A stretch of 45,899 bases of DNA, from positions 1 to 45,899 of the IMG/VR virus record IMGVR_UViG_3300005323_000062; one strand, given 5' to 3'. Made by a program: the position numbers and the translations under genes. Positions 10,246-18,813 of the stretch are shown one piece after another. The stretch's first letter is position 1; every line of letters begins with the position of its first letter. The notes under the pieces were generated by a model. That model was not told where the DNA came from. It worked only from the letters and a program-made list of their open reading frames with translations, and did no database searches. The DNA is from a virus. Lineage: Duplodnaviria; Caudoviricetes.

Positions 10246-10302
10246 CGCCTTCTACTTGAAGGGCGCGTATACTAAGGCTGGTGTCGCGGTAGTATTTAAA
10301 GG

Positions 10303-10764
10303 TTACGGTTGGTCAAACTCGTGCTCTATCGCAAGAACGATGATGTTTTTAATCATATCCATGTTCCTTTTGATACTTTCTTGAACGAAAGGGTGAGCCG
10401 AGTTAACGTGCATTATACGCATAGCCTTAAGTTCTTCTATGGACAAACCGAGTTTGCTCATAGCCCATTCGCCAAGTGGCGTAGGAACTCCTTTCTTAAT
10501 TAGTGAAACCGCGTGTTTTTCAGTACCATACTGCATACTAGCCGCGTAGCTGTTACCAACGACAATAGAAACTTCGTTCTTGCTCGCTACGTCAACGTAG
10601 ACGCTAGCCTTGAGCGCACCAGTCCAGAAGGGAATCTCTCCAGAACCAGAATACTCGACCATCTCATTAGCCATAAACTCGGCGGCTTGCAATAACCCCG
10701 ATTCGCAAGCCCGGTCTAACCTAGCCTTAAAATCAGAAACAAAGCGTTCGGGAGTCGTTTTCAC
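10303..10764 (-). CDS. HK97 gp10-like neck/tail-completion protein
   Basis: PFWTGALKAS, SYAASMQYGT and AHPF motifs. Confidence 0.75.
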   Translation of the reverse strand: MKTTPERFVSDFKARLDRACESGLLQAAEFMANEMVEYSGSGEIPFWTGALKASVYVDVASKNEVSIVVGNSYAASMQYGTEKHAVSLIKKGVPTPLGEWAMSKLGLSIEELKAMRIMHVNSAHPFVQESIKRNMDMIKNIIVLAIEHEFDQP

Positions 10765-12128
10765 TAGAGAATCGTCGCCTCAACCCTCTGTCCCATCGAA
10801 TCTAGTGTGCGTAGAATATCCTCACGCAACTGTTTGATGTTACCTTCAGGAATGGCGAGCGGAACTGGACGACCCAACAATGTTGACTCTATAACATAAA
10901 CCGCAGAAAGCTTAGTAGTCAAATCTTCAATAATCTTAGGAACAGAAGTATACCCATAAGTATAAACCAAGACCACGTTCTTCAAACCACGAGAGAATTT
11001 CAAACCACTATCCTTACAAAGCGTAATCCGACCAGTAACCTTATCAACACGATACTCGCTATAATCCGCCACATCATCAGCGACATAAGTAGAGAATACA
11101 GCATCCTTAGTAGTATCCGCAGTCCAAGACGAACCGGAGTTACTAGATGTACAAACATTGCCACCAGTATAAGAGGCGTTAGTGCCAACAACCGCGAGGT
11201 AATACGCAGCAGTACCAGATGTAGCAGACTTCAAAACCAAGTGATAAGTAGAACCCTTAGTCAACGAATAGGGTATAGTAAACACTACGTCGTAAGTGTC
11301 AAAACTAGTCTTCGATGGCGCAGTAAGCGTTGCACTAGCCAAAGCAGTTCCAGAAGGTGAACCACTCGAATCAGCCTGCAATTCAATCGTAATGTTGGCA
11401 GCAGTTCCAGTATTATACTTTATTGAAAACGCGCACCTAATCATGGGCTTAGCATAACCAGCAAGAAAAGACTGAGAGACTTGATTAACCCCGCCAAAGG
11501 AAATACTAGTAGTCGCATTATCCTCATACGCTTGGTCTTTATACTCATTCAAAGCCAAAAGAGATATAGATTGAATCGGGTAATTCTCAGTCTGCAAATA
11601 CTTATCCTCAAGCAAATCGTTTGTCCTCGGCATATAAGTATTAACGTCATCGGTAAAACGAGTTGCTTGATAGGAGAATAAGTTCGTGAAACCCTTCGCC
11701 ATACCGTCGTAATATTGAATAGTACTCTGAGAATTTAAGAACACGCGACCCGTCCTACGGTCAACTTCCCCCTCAGCACGCAAAATATAATCAGCTACCA
11801 CCGACGACGCGATGTCGGCATAAAAATAGGCAGCAGTGATAGCACTAGCAGCAGGAGCGGAAGTAAACGTGATAAAGCCATTATCCTCATCCATAGTATA
11901 TGTGGTAGACTCGGTAGTACCAACGAATACTCTGTCTGTACCAGCAATCACGTTCTTATTATCGAAAGCGAAAGTCTTAGTTGATGAATCGCCAGTACCG
12001 ATAGCTTCTTGACCAACTAAGTTACCACTAGACAATGTTAATGGTATTGTAGAATACGTTCCCAAAAACTCGTAAACTTTCTTGGGAGTAGTATAATTGG
12101 TTGTCGTAATGGAACTAGTTCCAACCAT
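10764..12128 (-). CDS. Head-tail connector/adaptor protein with inserted beta-sandwich domains
   Basis: NYTTPKKV...ILRAEGEVDRRTGRVF...NVVLVYTYGYTSVPKII connector motifs; insert SQSF...ITIELQADSSGSPSGTALASATL. Confidence 0.7.
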   Translation of the reverse strand: MVGTSSITTTNYTTPKKVYEFLGTYSTIPLTLSSGNLVGQEAIGTGDSSTKTFAFDNKNVIAGTDRVFVGTTESTTYTMDEDNGFITFTSAPAASAITAAYFYADIASSVVADYILRAEGEVDRRTGRVFLNSQSTIQYYDGMAKGFTNLFSYQATRFTDDVNTYMPRTNDLLEDKYLQTENYPIQSISLLALNEYKDQAYEDNATTSISFGGVNQVSQSFLAGYAKPMIRCAFSIKYNTGTAANITIELQADSSGSPSGTALASATLTAPSKTSFDTYDVVFTIPYSLTKGSTYHLVLKSATSGTAAYYLAVVGTNASYTGGNVCTSSNSGSSWTADTTKDAVFSTYVADDVADYSEYRVDKVTGRITLCKDSGLKFSRGLKNVVLVYTYGYTSVPKIIEDLTTKLSAVYVIESTLLGRPVPLAIPEGNIKQLREDILRTLDSMGQRVEATIL

Positions 12129-12129
12129 C

Positions 12130-12357
12130 TTACTTTACACCCAACGCATTTGCAACTGTATTTACTACGGGGTCTTTAAAAAACATGATGAAAAAACCCA
12201 ACAAAGCTATACCGCCAGCGAAATACTTTTGATTACCGCGAAGTTCGTCAATTTCTTTCTGACGCTCTTCCAACTTTGCTTCCAAACGGTCAAAGCGGGC
12301 ATCCATCTTATCACAAATTTGTGACAGGGTTACTCGTATAGCTGGTTCTCTTGTCAA
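12130..12357 (-). CDS. Small coiled-coil protein with C-terminal TM helix (XhlA/holin-like architecture)
   Basis: RFDRLEAKLEE followed by YFAGGIALLGFFIMFF. Confidence 0.55.
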   Translation of the reverse strand: MTREPAIRVTLSQICDKMDARFDRLEAKLEERQKEIDELRGNQKYFAGGIALLGFFIMFFKDPVVNTVANALGVK

Positions 12358-12363
12358 AGGAAA

Positions 12364-12684
12364 CTACTCTCCACCAATGAATTTTTCAAACAACGAAACA
12401 TGGCGTTGTTCCAACTTCTTCTCCTCGTCCAACTTTCTCAAAGACGAAGCGATTACTTCTTCTTCTTTCTTACCAAACTCAAACGGTTTTCCGACCTTAC
12501 CTTTTTCAATATTCCAAGAAGCTAGGTTTCCTTCCTGTTTAAGTTCATACTCTACAAGTTCTTCGCCTGTGAAACCAATCTTTTCCAACAGGTTACGAAT
12601 CAACTTCAATGTAACGAAACTTCCTTCCTTGGGAAGCAAGTCCATTACTGTTAACCTTTCAATCACATTCAAATCCGTTTTCAT
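12364..12684 (-). CDS. Hypothetical protein
   Basis: 106 aa, GGGGT RBS-like site, within the late operon. Confidence 0.7.
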   Translation of the reverse strand: MKTDLNVIERLTVMDLLPKEGSFVTLKLIRNLLEKIGFTGEELVEYELKQEGNLASWNIEKGKVGKPFEFGKKEEEVIASSLRKLDEEKKLEQRHVSLFEKFIGGE

Positions 12685-12736
12685 TCAAATTACCCCCATT
12701 TAAAAAAATAAAAAAGAAAAGAAGTTAGCTCGCTTC

Positions 12737-13507
12737 TTACGAGCTACACGTTGCCGCGATAGTATACTCCACGTTATTGATGAGAACCTTCAAATACTGA
12801 CTAGTTCCACCAGTCAACTGCGAGGAAGTAATACAACCCGACGCAGTACTAAAGTTAAACACGTGCGTCAGGTTAGCAGCACCAGTTACCACGATTGCAT
12901 CCGTAACGGAAGCATCCGAAGACAAGTGAAGCAGTCCCTGACACGCAGTAACTCCAACTTCAGCAACAATGGATACACCATAGCACATTTGAGTTACAGT
13001 GCCAGCACCCTCTATGATAAAGAGTCCTGCGTTTACCCAACCCTTTGATGCGGTCTTACCTGAAGTCAAGACGGCTTTTCCAGAGATTGCAGTCAAGTGT
13101 GCATTATCGCCAGTAGTTGCCATGTCGTCTGCAATAGTCAAGTGACTCTGCAAACCATACGCATCCCAAATATTCTTCGAGAGCGAAGTCCTCACCATAC
13201 AAGTTGCAAGCTGGTGGTTGGGCTGATGAGCAGTAGTCGCAGCATTCTTAAAGTATGCTACACCTATAGTCTCATCACCAGACGTTCCGTGGTCAGCTAT
13301 TGAAGTTACACTCATCTGTAGAGGTACAACAGTACCGGTTGGTGTAATAGACTTCGTGGTACTAATAGTACCATAAGAAATTGCTCCACCATTAGTAGTA
13401 GTTCCAATTGAAAGAGCACTACTAAAAATCATCGTATTAGTCCAAGTAAGGTCTCCGCTGCCTGAAAAAGGCTGAACAGCCGTTCCCTGAGAACCCGTAA
13501 CGGTCAT
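12737..13507 (-). CDS. Putative virion decoration/head fibre protein
   Basis: Thr/Ser/Gly-rich beta protein downstream of capsid genes; GGTGAT RBS. Confidence 0.55.
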   Translation of the reverse strand: MTVTGSQGTAVQPFSGSGDLTWTNTMIFSSALSIGTTTNGGAISYGTISTTKSITPTGTVVPLQMSVTSIADHGTSGDETIGVAYFKNAATTAHQPNHQLATCMVRTSLSKNIWDAYGLQSHLTIADDMATTGDNAHLTAISGKAVLTSGKTASKGWVNAGLFIIEGAGTVTQMCYGVSIVAEVGVTACQGLLHLSSDASVTDAIVVTGAANLTHVFNFSTASGCITSSQLTGGTSQYLKVLINNVEYTIAATCSS

Positions 13508-13534
13508 TTTAAATCACCATGAATTTTGAAAACT

Positions 13535-13567
13535 AAAAAAAATAAATAGGGGGGAAAAATAACCCCT
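13535..13567 (-). terminator. Hairpin plus U-tract after capsid/decoration genes
   Basis: Minus strand AGGGG-ttatttttcc-CCCCT followed by ATTTATTTTTTTT. Confidence 0.55.
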
Positions 13568-13866
13568 TACTTCCCAATCACTTCAAAGACACGTTTATAG
13601 TTGTCTGCTCCTGAACCACCAACAGTGATAGTTAGAACGCCTGCAGAAACCGCAGTTGTCTGTGCGTCATCAACTATTACCGAACCCTCGGTTGTGTGAC
13701 GATAGCCAGTTACTCCCAAAAGAGTAACTATGCCATATGTCGAGAGGGTGATGGCAAGAGTGTCGCCCGAATCCGCTGTCGCAGCGGTTTCAAAGATAAC
13801 CCTCTTGATTCCCGGATTTGGTGCTGATTCAGTTATTACCGATGCAGATATCGCTGTCATAGTCAA
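13567..13866 (-). CDS. Putative capsid decoration/cement protein
   Basis: ~99 aa, beta-rich, directly after the major capsid gene; AGGTGA RBS. Confidence 0.55.
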   Translation of the reverse strand: MTMTAISASVITESAPNPGIKRVIFETAATADSGDTLAITLSTYGIVTLLGVTGYRHTTEGSVIVDDAQTTAVSAGVLTITVGGSGADNYKRVFEVIGK

Positions 13867-13871
13867 TCACC

Positions 13872-15050
13872 TTAGTCGTGTATAGTCACTATCTGCGAGT
13901 TGAATTCCTCGGCCGTGCAGATAAGCGACTCGTAGACCTTGTTCATAAACTTGTATGAATCGTTGGTCTTCGCCAGTTCCTCATAAGTAACGTCTTGGAG
14001 GACACGCATCTGGAGGGTGTCAGTTGACAACACCATCAACTTACGAATGTTCGTGCTAGTTGCTGGTTCGATGAACTTAGACGGGAGTATAGGCAAGCCT
14101 TCAAACTCCATAGTCTTCAAACCCCAAGCAATCTCGAAGTTAGTGTTCACATACCGCTGCTGGTCTTGCAACAATGACTTAATGTTATCAGTCGTTGTGA
14201 AGTCAGTCACGATTAGGTTCGGGTCTCCCTGTCCTAGAGTGCTTGAGTTATTGGCAGTCCTCGCAAGCCTAATAGCCTTACGCAAGTCAGGAATGGTTAT
14301 AGCCGTGTTCGCGCCAGCTATAGGTGCATTCGAGTTAGTGGTAATCAAACCAAGCAAACCAGTATACTCTGCACCTGCAGGAGTAGTGACTCCACCATAT
14401 GCGGTGCGCGAAGCAGTCGCATCACCGTTTATGATAGCATCCTCTTCAACGTACCTGAGTGAGATGGTCTTGTTGCGTACTTCCAAGTTAAGCGCGTCAA
14501 TGTACTGGTTCGCCAAATACTGCCTCGAAGAAGCAAGGTAAGGCCCAGTTACACGACCCACCGTGTAGAAATACTTAATCGGAGTTGACTTACGCTCATA
14601 AGTATCGTTAGCTTCCGCAAGAGGAGCATCCTCAATCGCAGCACCAACCACACCACGTGCAGTCAAACGGTTGTACTCAGCAGTACGACCATAGTTAGTT
14701 ACACGCGGAATGAGTTCAACGAGCGGAGTAAGACGCCTAGTCAAATCCACGATGGTCGGGTCAACATACAACGGAATCAATGACTTGTCAGTTGTACCTG
14801 CCGAAAGACCAGAGATTGACATAGCCTTCGAGAAGTCAACACCAGTTGCTTCTGAGAAAGCCTTCCTCAAACCATCACGGCCATCAAAACCACGCATCGA
14901 ATCAGTATACCTAGCCTCATCAGGGATAAGGTTAGTCATCTGACCAAAATTCCTCGCGGACTTCGCCACATTAGCCCGTACTTCACTCGGCGATTTACCA
15001 AGTGACTTTGCAACCTCTTCGGCTCCGGGCGCAAATTCATAATTCTTCAT
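13872..15050 (-). CDS. Major capsid protein (HK97 fold)
   Basis: LIPLYVDPTIVDL...TPLVELIPR, EEDAIINGD, FEGLPILPSKFI, YEELAKTNDS; follows the prohead protease. Confidence 0.9.
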   Translation of the reverse strand: MKNYEFAPGAEEVAKSLGKSPSEVRANVAKSARNFGQMTNLIPDEARYTDSMRGFDGRDGLRKAFSEATGVDFSKAMSISGLSAGTTDKSLIPLYVDPTIVDLTRRLTPLVELIPRVTNYGRTAEYNRLTARGVVGAAIEDAPLAEANDTYERKSTPIKYFYTVGRVTGPYLASSRQYLANQYIDALNLEVRNKTISLRYVEEDAIINGDATASRTAYGGVTTPAGAEYTGLLGLITTNSNAPIAGANTAITIPDLRKAIRLARTANNSSTLGQGDPNLIVTDFTTTDNIKSLLQDQQRYVNTNFEIAWGLKTMEFEGLPILPSKFIEPATSTNIRKLMVLSTDTLQMRVLQDVTYEELAKTNDSYKFMNKVYESLICTAEEFNSQIVTIHD

Positions 15051-15065
15051 ACTTCAATTCACCCT

Positions 15066-16169
15066 TTACTCGAAAGCAAACTTCTGCGCTGGAACTTTAA
15101 CGCCATTCTCAATAGCACCCGGCGCAGCCAAACCCTTCGGCGTAACCAACTGCTTCTCAAGAGCGTCAACCTTCGCATTAAGCTCTTCGTATTTCTTCTG
15201 CCACTCAACAGGCTCTGACTTACCGGAACAGCCACCAAAACTCATGCCAGCTGGGGGTTTCTCTCCCATGTTAGCACCACCCTTGGTATCACCGCTCACG
15301 ATGCCCATACCTTTCTTCTGCGCCTCAATCTTTCCAAGAATCTCCTTCAAGAGACCCTCAAAACGAGCGAGGTCAGTAGGAAGACCTTCGGACAAAGCCG
15401 GTTGATTGGACTTCTGAACGTCCGCTTCAGCGGTTTTGTTCTCCATCGAATCACCACTCTCTGAAACACTCTTTTCCGCCTTACCCTTACGCTTGGCACT
15501 TTCGAGTATCTCATCATCATCAATTTCTTTACCGTTTACTGCCTTTTTCTTTTTAGGCGGTACAACGGGATTCTTCTCTTCCGTTTCTCCACCATCACCC
15601 TTCACTTCATCATTGGCGTCTGTAATGCTAGTCGCCAACCTTGACTTCTCAAAGTCAAACGCCTTAGCAATACTGCCGGCAATGGTGGCGTCAGGATTAG
15701 CAGGAATACCCACCACGCTCACCTCATACAAATCAACATCAGAAATAACGCGGACGCTCTTCTGCAAATCTTCATCAAAAACAGTCTCGGCTTTCTTAAC
15801 CGAACCCGCGACACTCATAGACCGCAACACGCCTTCATTAACTTGAGTAATGTGGTCTTGAACAGCTTTAGCAGTCGAGGGTTTCCACTCTACCATCAAC
15901 TTATCTCCACTAATATAAGCATTAATAACTTTACCCAAACCCAACCCGTCATGCTTGTGGTTGAAGAATACTGTTGGGTTCTTCATCAAATCGTTAACTC
16001 CCTTAGCCAGAGCACTCTTAGACAAGCGTTCAGAATCGCGGTCTATACTAGTAGAACTAGCAACACCCAAAAACACTTGTTCGCCAGCCTCATTCTGAGA
16101 CTTCTGCATAGGAAAGATATGCTTAAAGATTACACCCTCTAAGTGCCCTTCCTTAGTAAAATTAGTCAT
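15066..16169 (-). CDS. Prohead protease (HK97/S78-type) fused to scaffold
   Basis: GVASSTSIDRDSE, VFFNH, SMSVAG, LYEVSVVGIPANPDA; charged/coiled-coil C-terminal half. Confidence 0.9.
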   Translation of the reverse strand: MTNFTKEGHLEGVIFKHIFPMQKSQNEAGEQVFLGVASSTSIDRDSERLSKSALAKGVNDLMKNPTVFFNHKHDGLGLGKVINAYISGDKLMVEWKPSTAKAVQDHITQVNEGVLRSMSVAGSVKKAETVFDEDLQKSVRVISDVDLYEVSVVGIPANPDATIAGSIAKAFDFEKSRLATSITDANDEVKGDGGETEEKNPVVPPKKKKAVNGKEIDDDEILESAKRKGKAEKSVSESGDSMENKTAEADVQKSNQPALSEGLPTDLARFEGLLKEILGKIEAQKKGMGIVSGDTKGGANMGEKPPAGMSFGGCSGKSEPVEWQKKYEELNAKVDALEKQLVTPKGLAAPGAIENGVKVPAQKFAFE

Positions 16170-16189
16170 GATATCAAAACAACCTCGCT

Positions 16190-16206
16190 AGTATATAAGC
16201 CTTGTG
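16190..16206 (-). promoter_or_regulatory. Archaeal-type TATA promoter (CACAAGGCTTATATACT) for the protease-capsid operon
   Basis: TTATATAC ~22 nt before ATG 16169; 16/17 identical to the motif at 23829-23845. Confidence 0.65.
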
Positions 16207-16290
16207 GTTGACTGGGGTGGAGGGGAAGGCGAGAACGGATAAGACGCCTTAAACCCAGCCAACCAACAAGAACCCGCCACTAAAGACGCA

Positions 16291-16596
16291 TCATACCCTC
16301 GTATCATATGTTATGGTAAAATCACCATAATTCGTAGTCGCTGACAAAGTTATATATAAACTCTTAGTAATCGCACAATTGAACGGAAACACCATACCAA
16401 TCGTAGGAGCAGTAATAGTAGCCAACACAGTACCAGACGACCCGCCATCCTTAATAGTCAAAACCGCGTCACTAGCCGGAGTCTTATTAACAATAACCGA
16501 ACCCAAAAAACCCGGCGTAGTAGTTATCGCAGTACCAGACTGCACCGCTGCATAATTAGCATACCGCAATGAATAACCCTTAATAACCTCAGCCAT
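16291..16596 (-). CDS. Small beta-rich putative virion protein
   Basis: GGTGGTG RBS; similar to the C-terminal domain of 17017-18813. Confidence 0.65.
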   Translation of the reverse strand: MAEVIKGYSLRYANYAAVQSGTAITTTPGFLGSVIVNKTPASDAVLTIKDGGSSGTVLATITAPTIGMVFPFNCAITKSLYITLSATTNYGDFTITYDTRV

Positions 16597-16641
16597 ACAA
16601 AAACACCACCAAAGAATTAAAAACCTTAACCTTTATAAAAC

Positions 16642-17010
16642 TTATGATTTAACCGATATACCTTCACTAGTAAATGGAACTGGTTCCGCAATCTCCTCTG
16701 TTATAGTAATATCCATCTTAGGTGTCCCCAACACTCGCGTATATACGCCCAAGAAGGCTGTTTCAAAATACTTAATAACATCAGCTTCAGAAACATCCGA
16801 ACCCGAATGAATAACAACTAAATTAGCAACATCCGCCTTAGGAATCTCACAACGCCAAACTACGCCCATGAAAGCACCACTAGTGCTAACTGTTGGAACT
16901 TCAACCACAAAACGTTCAGGCTCCTCCCAATAAACACCACGGAATTCATAATCATTCACCTTCTTAGAAAACCGTTCCAACGTCGCAAAATCAACCAAGT
17001 AAGTAGGCAT
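16642..17010 (-). CDS. Hypothetical protein
   Basis: 122 aa, GAGGG RBS, in operon. Confidence 0.7.
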   Translation of the reverse strand: MPTYLVDFATLERFSKKVNDYEFRGVYWEEPERFVVEVPTVSTSGAFMGVVWRCEIPKADVANLVVIHSGSDVSEADVIKYFETAFLGVYTRVLGTPKMDITITEEIAEPVPFTSEGISVKS

Positions 17011-17016
17011 AAACCC

Positions 17017-18813
17017 TCACTCGTAAACTATAGTGGCATCCAAACCATTACCAGTAGTAATCAAAATCAAACCATTATTGAAAGGGATATAATAATCCCA
17101 CACCCCAAGAGCCGCAGAAGCCGTAGTGATAATCCCAACCACCGGCGTAGAACCGGTCGAATTATCAACAACGGTAATATTCGTTCCAGATGTGTTATTA
17201 TAAATAATCTTATGCAAAATACCCGCACCCAACTTCAACGTGTGCGTAGCCGCATTACCTTGTAAGTGATAATAAATCGGTTGCGTCTCCATCTTACCCA
17301 TACGATAAATAGATGAAGTTCGAGCATTCATAGTCACAGACGCGCCCAAAACCGCAGAATTCAAACTGTCCTTAAACGCATGGAAATTCAAAGTATTAGT
17401 CCAAGACGCCGTAGAAGCTGACACGGTGTGCAAAATCAAACCTCCAAGAACAAAAACCACCTTACTATTAGTATAATAAATCTCGCATATCGCAACAGAC
17501 GCAGTTAACGCGTACTGCCCCAAATTACCATTAAAAGTCGTAACCTTAGTCTCCACACCACCCTTAGCAGTCACGACACTAAATTCCGTCCCGTCTAACT
17601 GAAACCAAGCCCCGTCAGTAATCGTCGGCATTGACGCACCCCAACCCAAACCCCAACGACGCTTATTATTTGCAGTCCCAGTATCACCGAGTTTACCAAC
17701 ACAACGGAACCTCATAGAAGAACCAGAAACATAACGAGCACGACGAACCGAATACGCATAAGCAGTAGCACCACTAGACGTTCCAGAGGTCAAAATGAGT
17801 TCACAACCAGTCTGCGTCACCGACGCGCTAGTACCGGTCGCATTAGTAGTCCAAAAGTTAGCATCAATAGCAGTGCCTTCAAAACCTGCTCCAACTAAAC
17901 GAACCGGCTCAATAACCCTAATATCTCCCGTTGGAGTATTATACGCTGGATTATTCAAATCGTCAGAAATGGCAGTCTTTAAAGCCCCACCATAAGTGAC
18001 CCCGACATCACCAACAGAAGTATCTGGTTTGATGCCACTAATACGAGAAGAAGTCGTCATCTCCTTACGAATAGTCAAATTCGTCAAACCAACATCTGTA
18101 TTAGTCGTGCAGAAAGAAATCTTAATCGCTATACAAACAATAGGATTAAAAGAATACACTTTAGTCCCATACTTAGTGCTATTAGTAGAGTCGTCATAAG
18201 TATTACGGACAGTCCCATCACTGCCAATAAACTCTATCTTCACATTACTAAAATACTTATTAGCAAGACTACAACCAAAACCAATCGAGTTCAAATAACG
18301 AGTCCTATAAAAAGCCAAGTATAAAACTTTTGGGTTAGTAGCGGTATCATTATACAAACCAGTATACAAGTCCTTAAACAAGTCAGATATGTTACCAGTC
18401 CAACCAACAGAAGTGCAACGAGCAGTATCTATATCATTCTCATATACACTATCCGTGTTAACTATCAGCGGGTTAAACGCGCCAATAGAAACCTTGTCAG
18501 AAGAAACAAGTTGAGTCTTCTGGTCTCCACTAGTTTGATTCGCTGAAGTTGCCGCGCCAGAAGGCAATGCCGACTTCTTCACACTAACGTTCAAACCATC
18601 AGAATCAACAACAGCACGAGTATCATCCGTAGAGTTCTTAATCTCTACCGCCCCAAGTTCAATATCACTCGATATCTCGACTGGCAACTTATTAGAAGCA
18701 GAAATAGAGTTACCGCTAGCATCAACTAACATTGAACGCCGAGCCTTGCTAGTAACCTCGTGTTCGTCCTGTTGAATTTGCCTATAATCCGTTAAACCCG
18801 TCACAGAGTTCAA
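17017..18813 (-). CDS. Putative virion structural protein (beta-sandwich/lectin-like domains)
   Basis: 598 aa, Thr/Ser/Gly-rich; IELGAVEIKN and LPSGAATSANQT motifs of the kind seen in phage structural proteins; directly after portal. Confidence 0.6.
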   Translation of the reverse strand: MNSVTGLTDYRQIQQDEHEVTSKARRSMLVDASGNSISASNKLPVEISSDIELGAVEIKNSTDDTRAVVDSDGLNVSVKKSALPSGAATSANQTSGDQKTQLVSSDKVSIGAFNPLIVNTDSVYENDIDTARCTSVGWTGNISDLFKDLYTGLYNDTATNPKVLYLAFYRTRYLNSIGFGCSLANKYFSNVKIEFIGSDGTVRNTYDDSTNSTKYGTKVYSFNPIVCIAIKISFCTTNTDVGLTNLTIRKEMTTSSRISGIKPDTSVGDVGVTYGGALKTAISDDLNNPAYNTPTGDIRVIEPVRLVGAGFEGTAIDANFWTTNATGTSASVTQTGCELILTSGTSSGATAYAYSVRRARYVSGSSMRFRCVGKLGDTGTANNKRRWGLGWGASMPTITDGAWFQLDGTEFSVVTAKGGVETKVTTFNGNLGQYALTASVAICEIYYTNSKVVFVLGGLILHTVSASTASWTNTLNFHAFKDSLNSAVLGASVTMNARTSSIYRMGKMETQPIYYHLQGNAATHTLKLGAGILHKIIYNNTSGTNITVVDNSTGSTPVVGIITTASAALGVWDYYIPFNNGLILITTGNGLDATIVYE

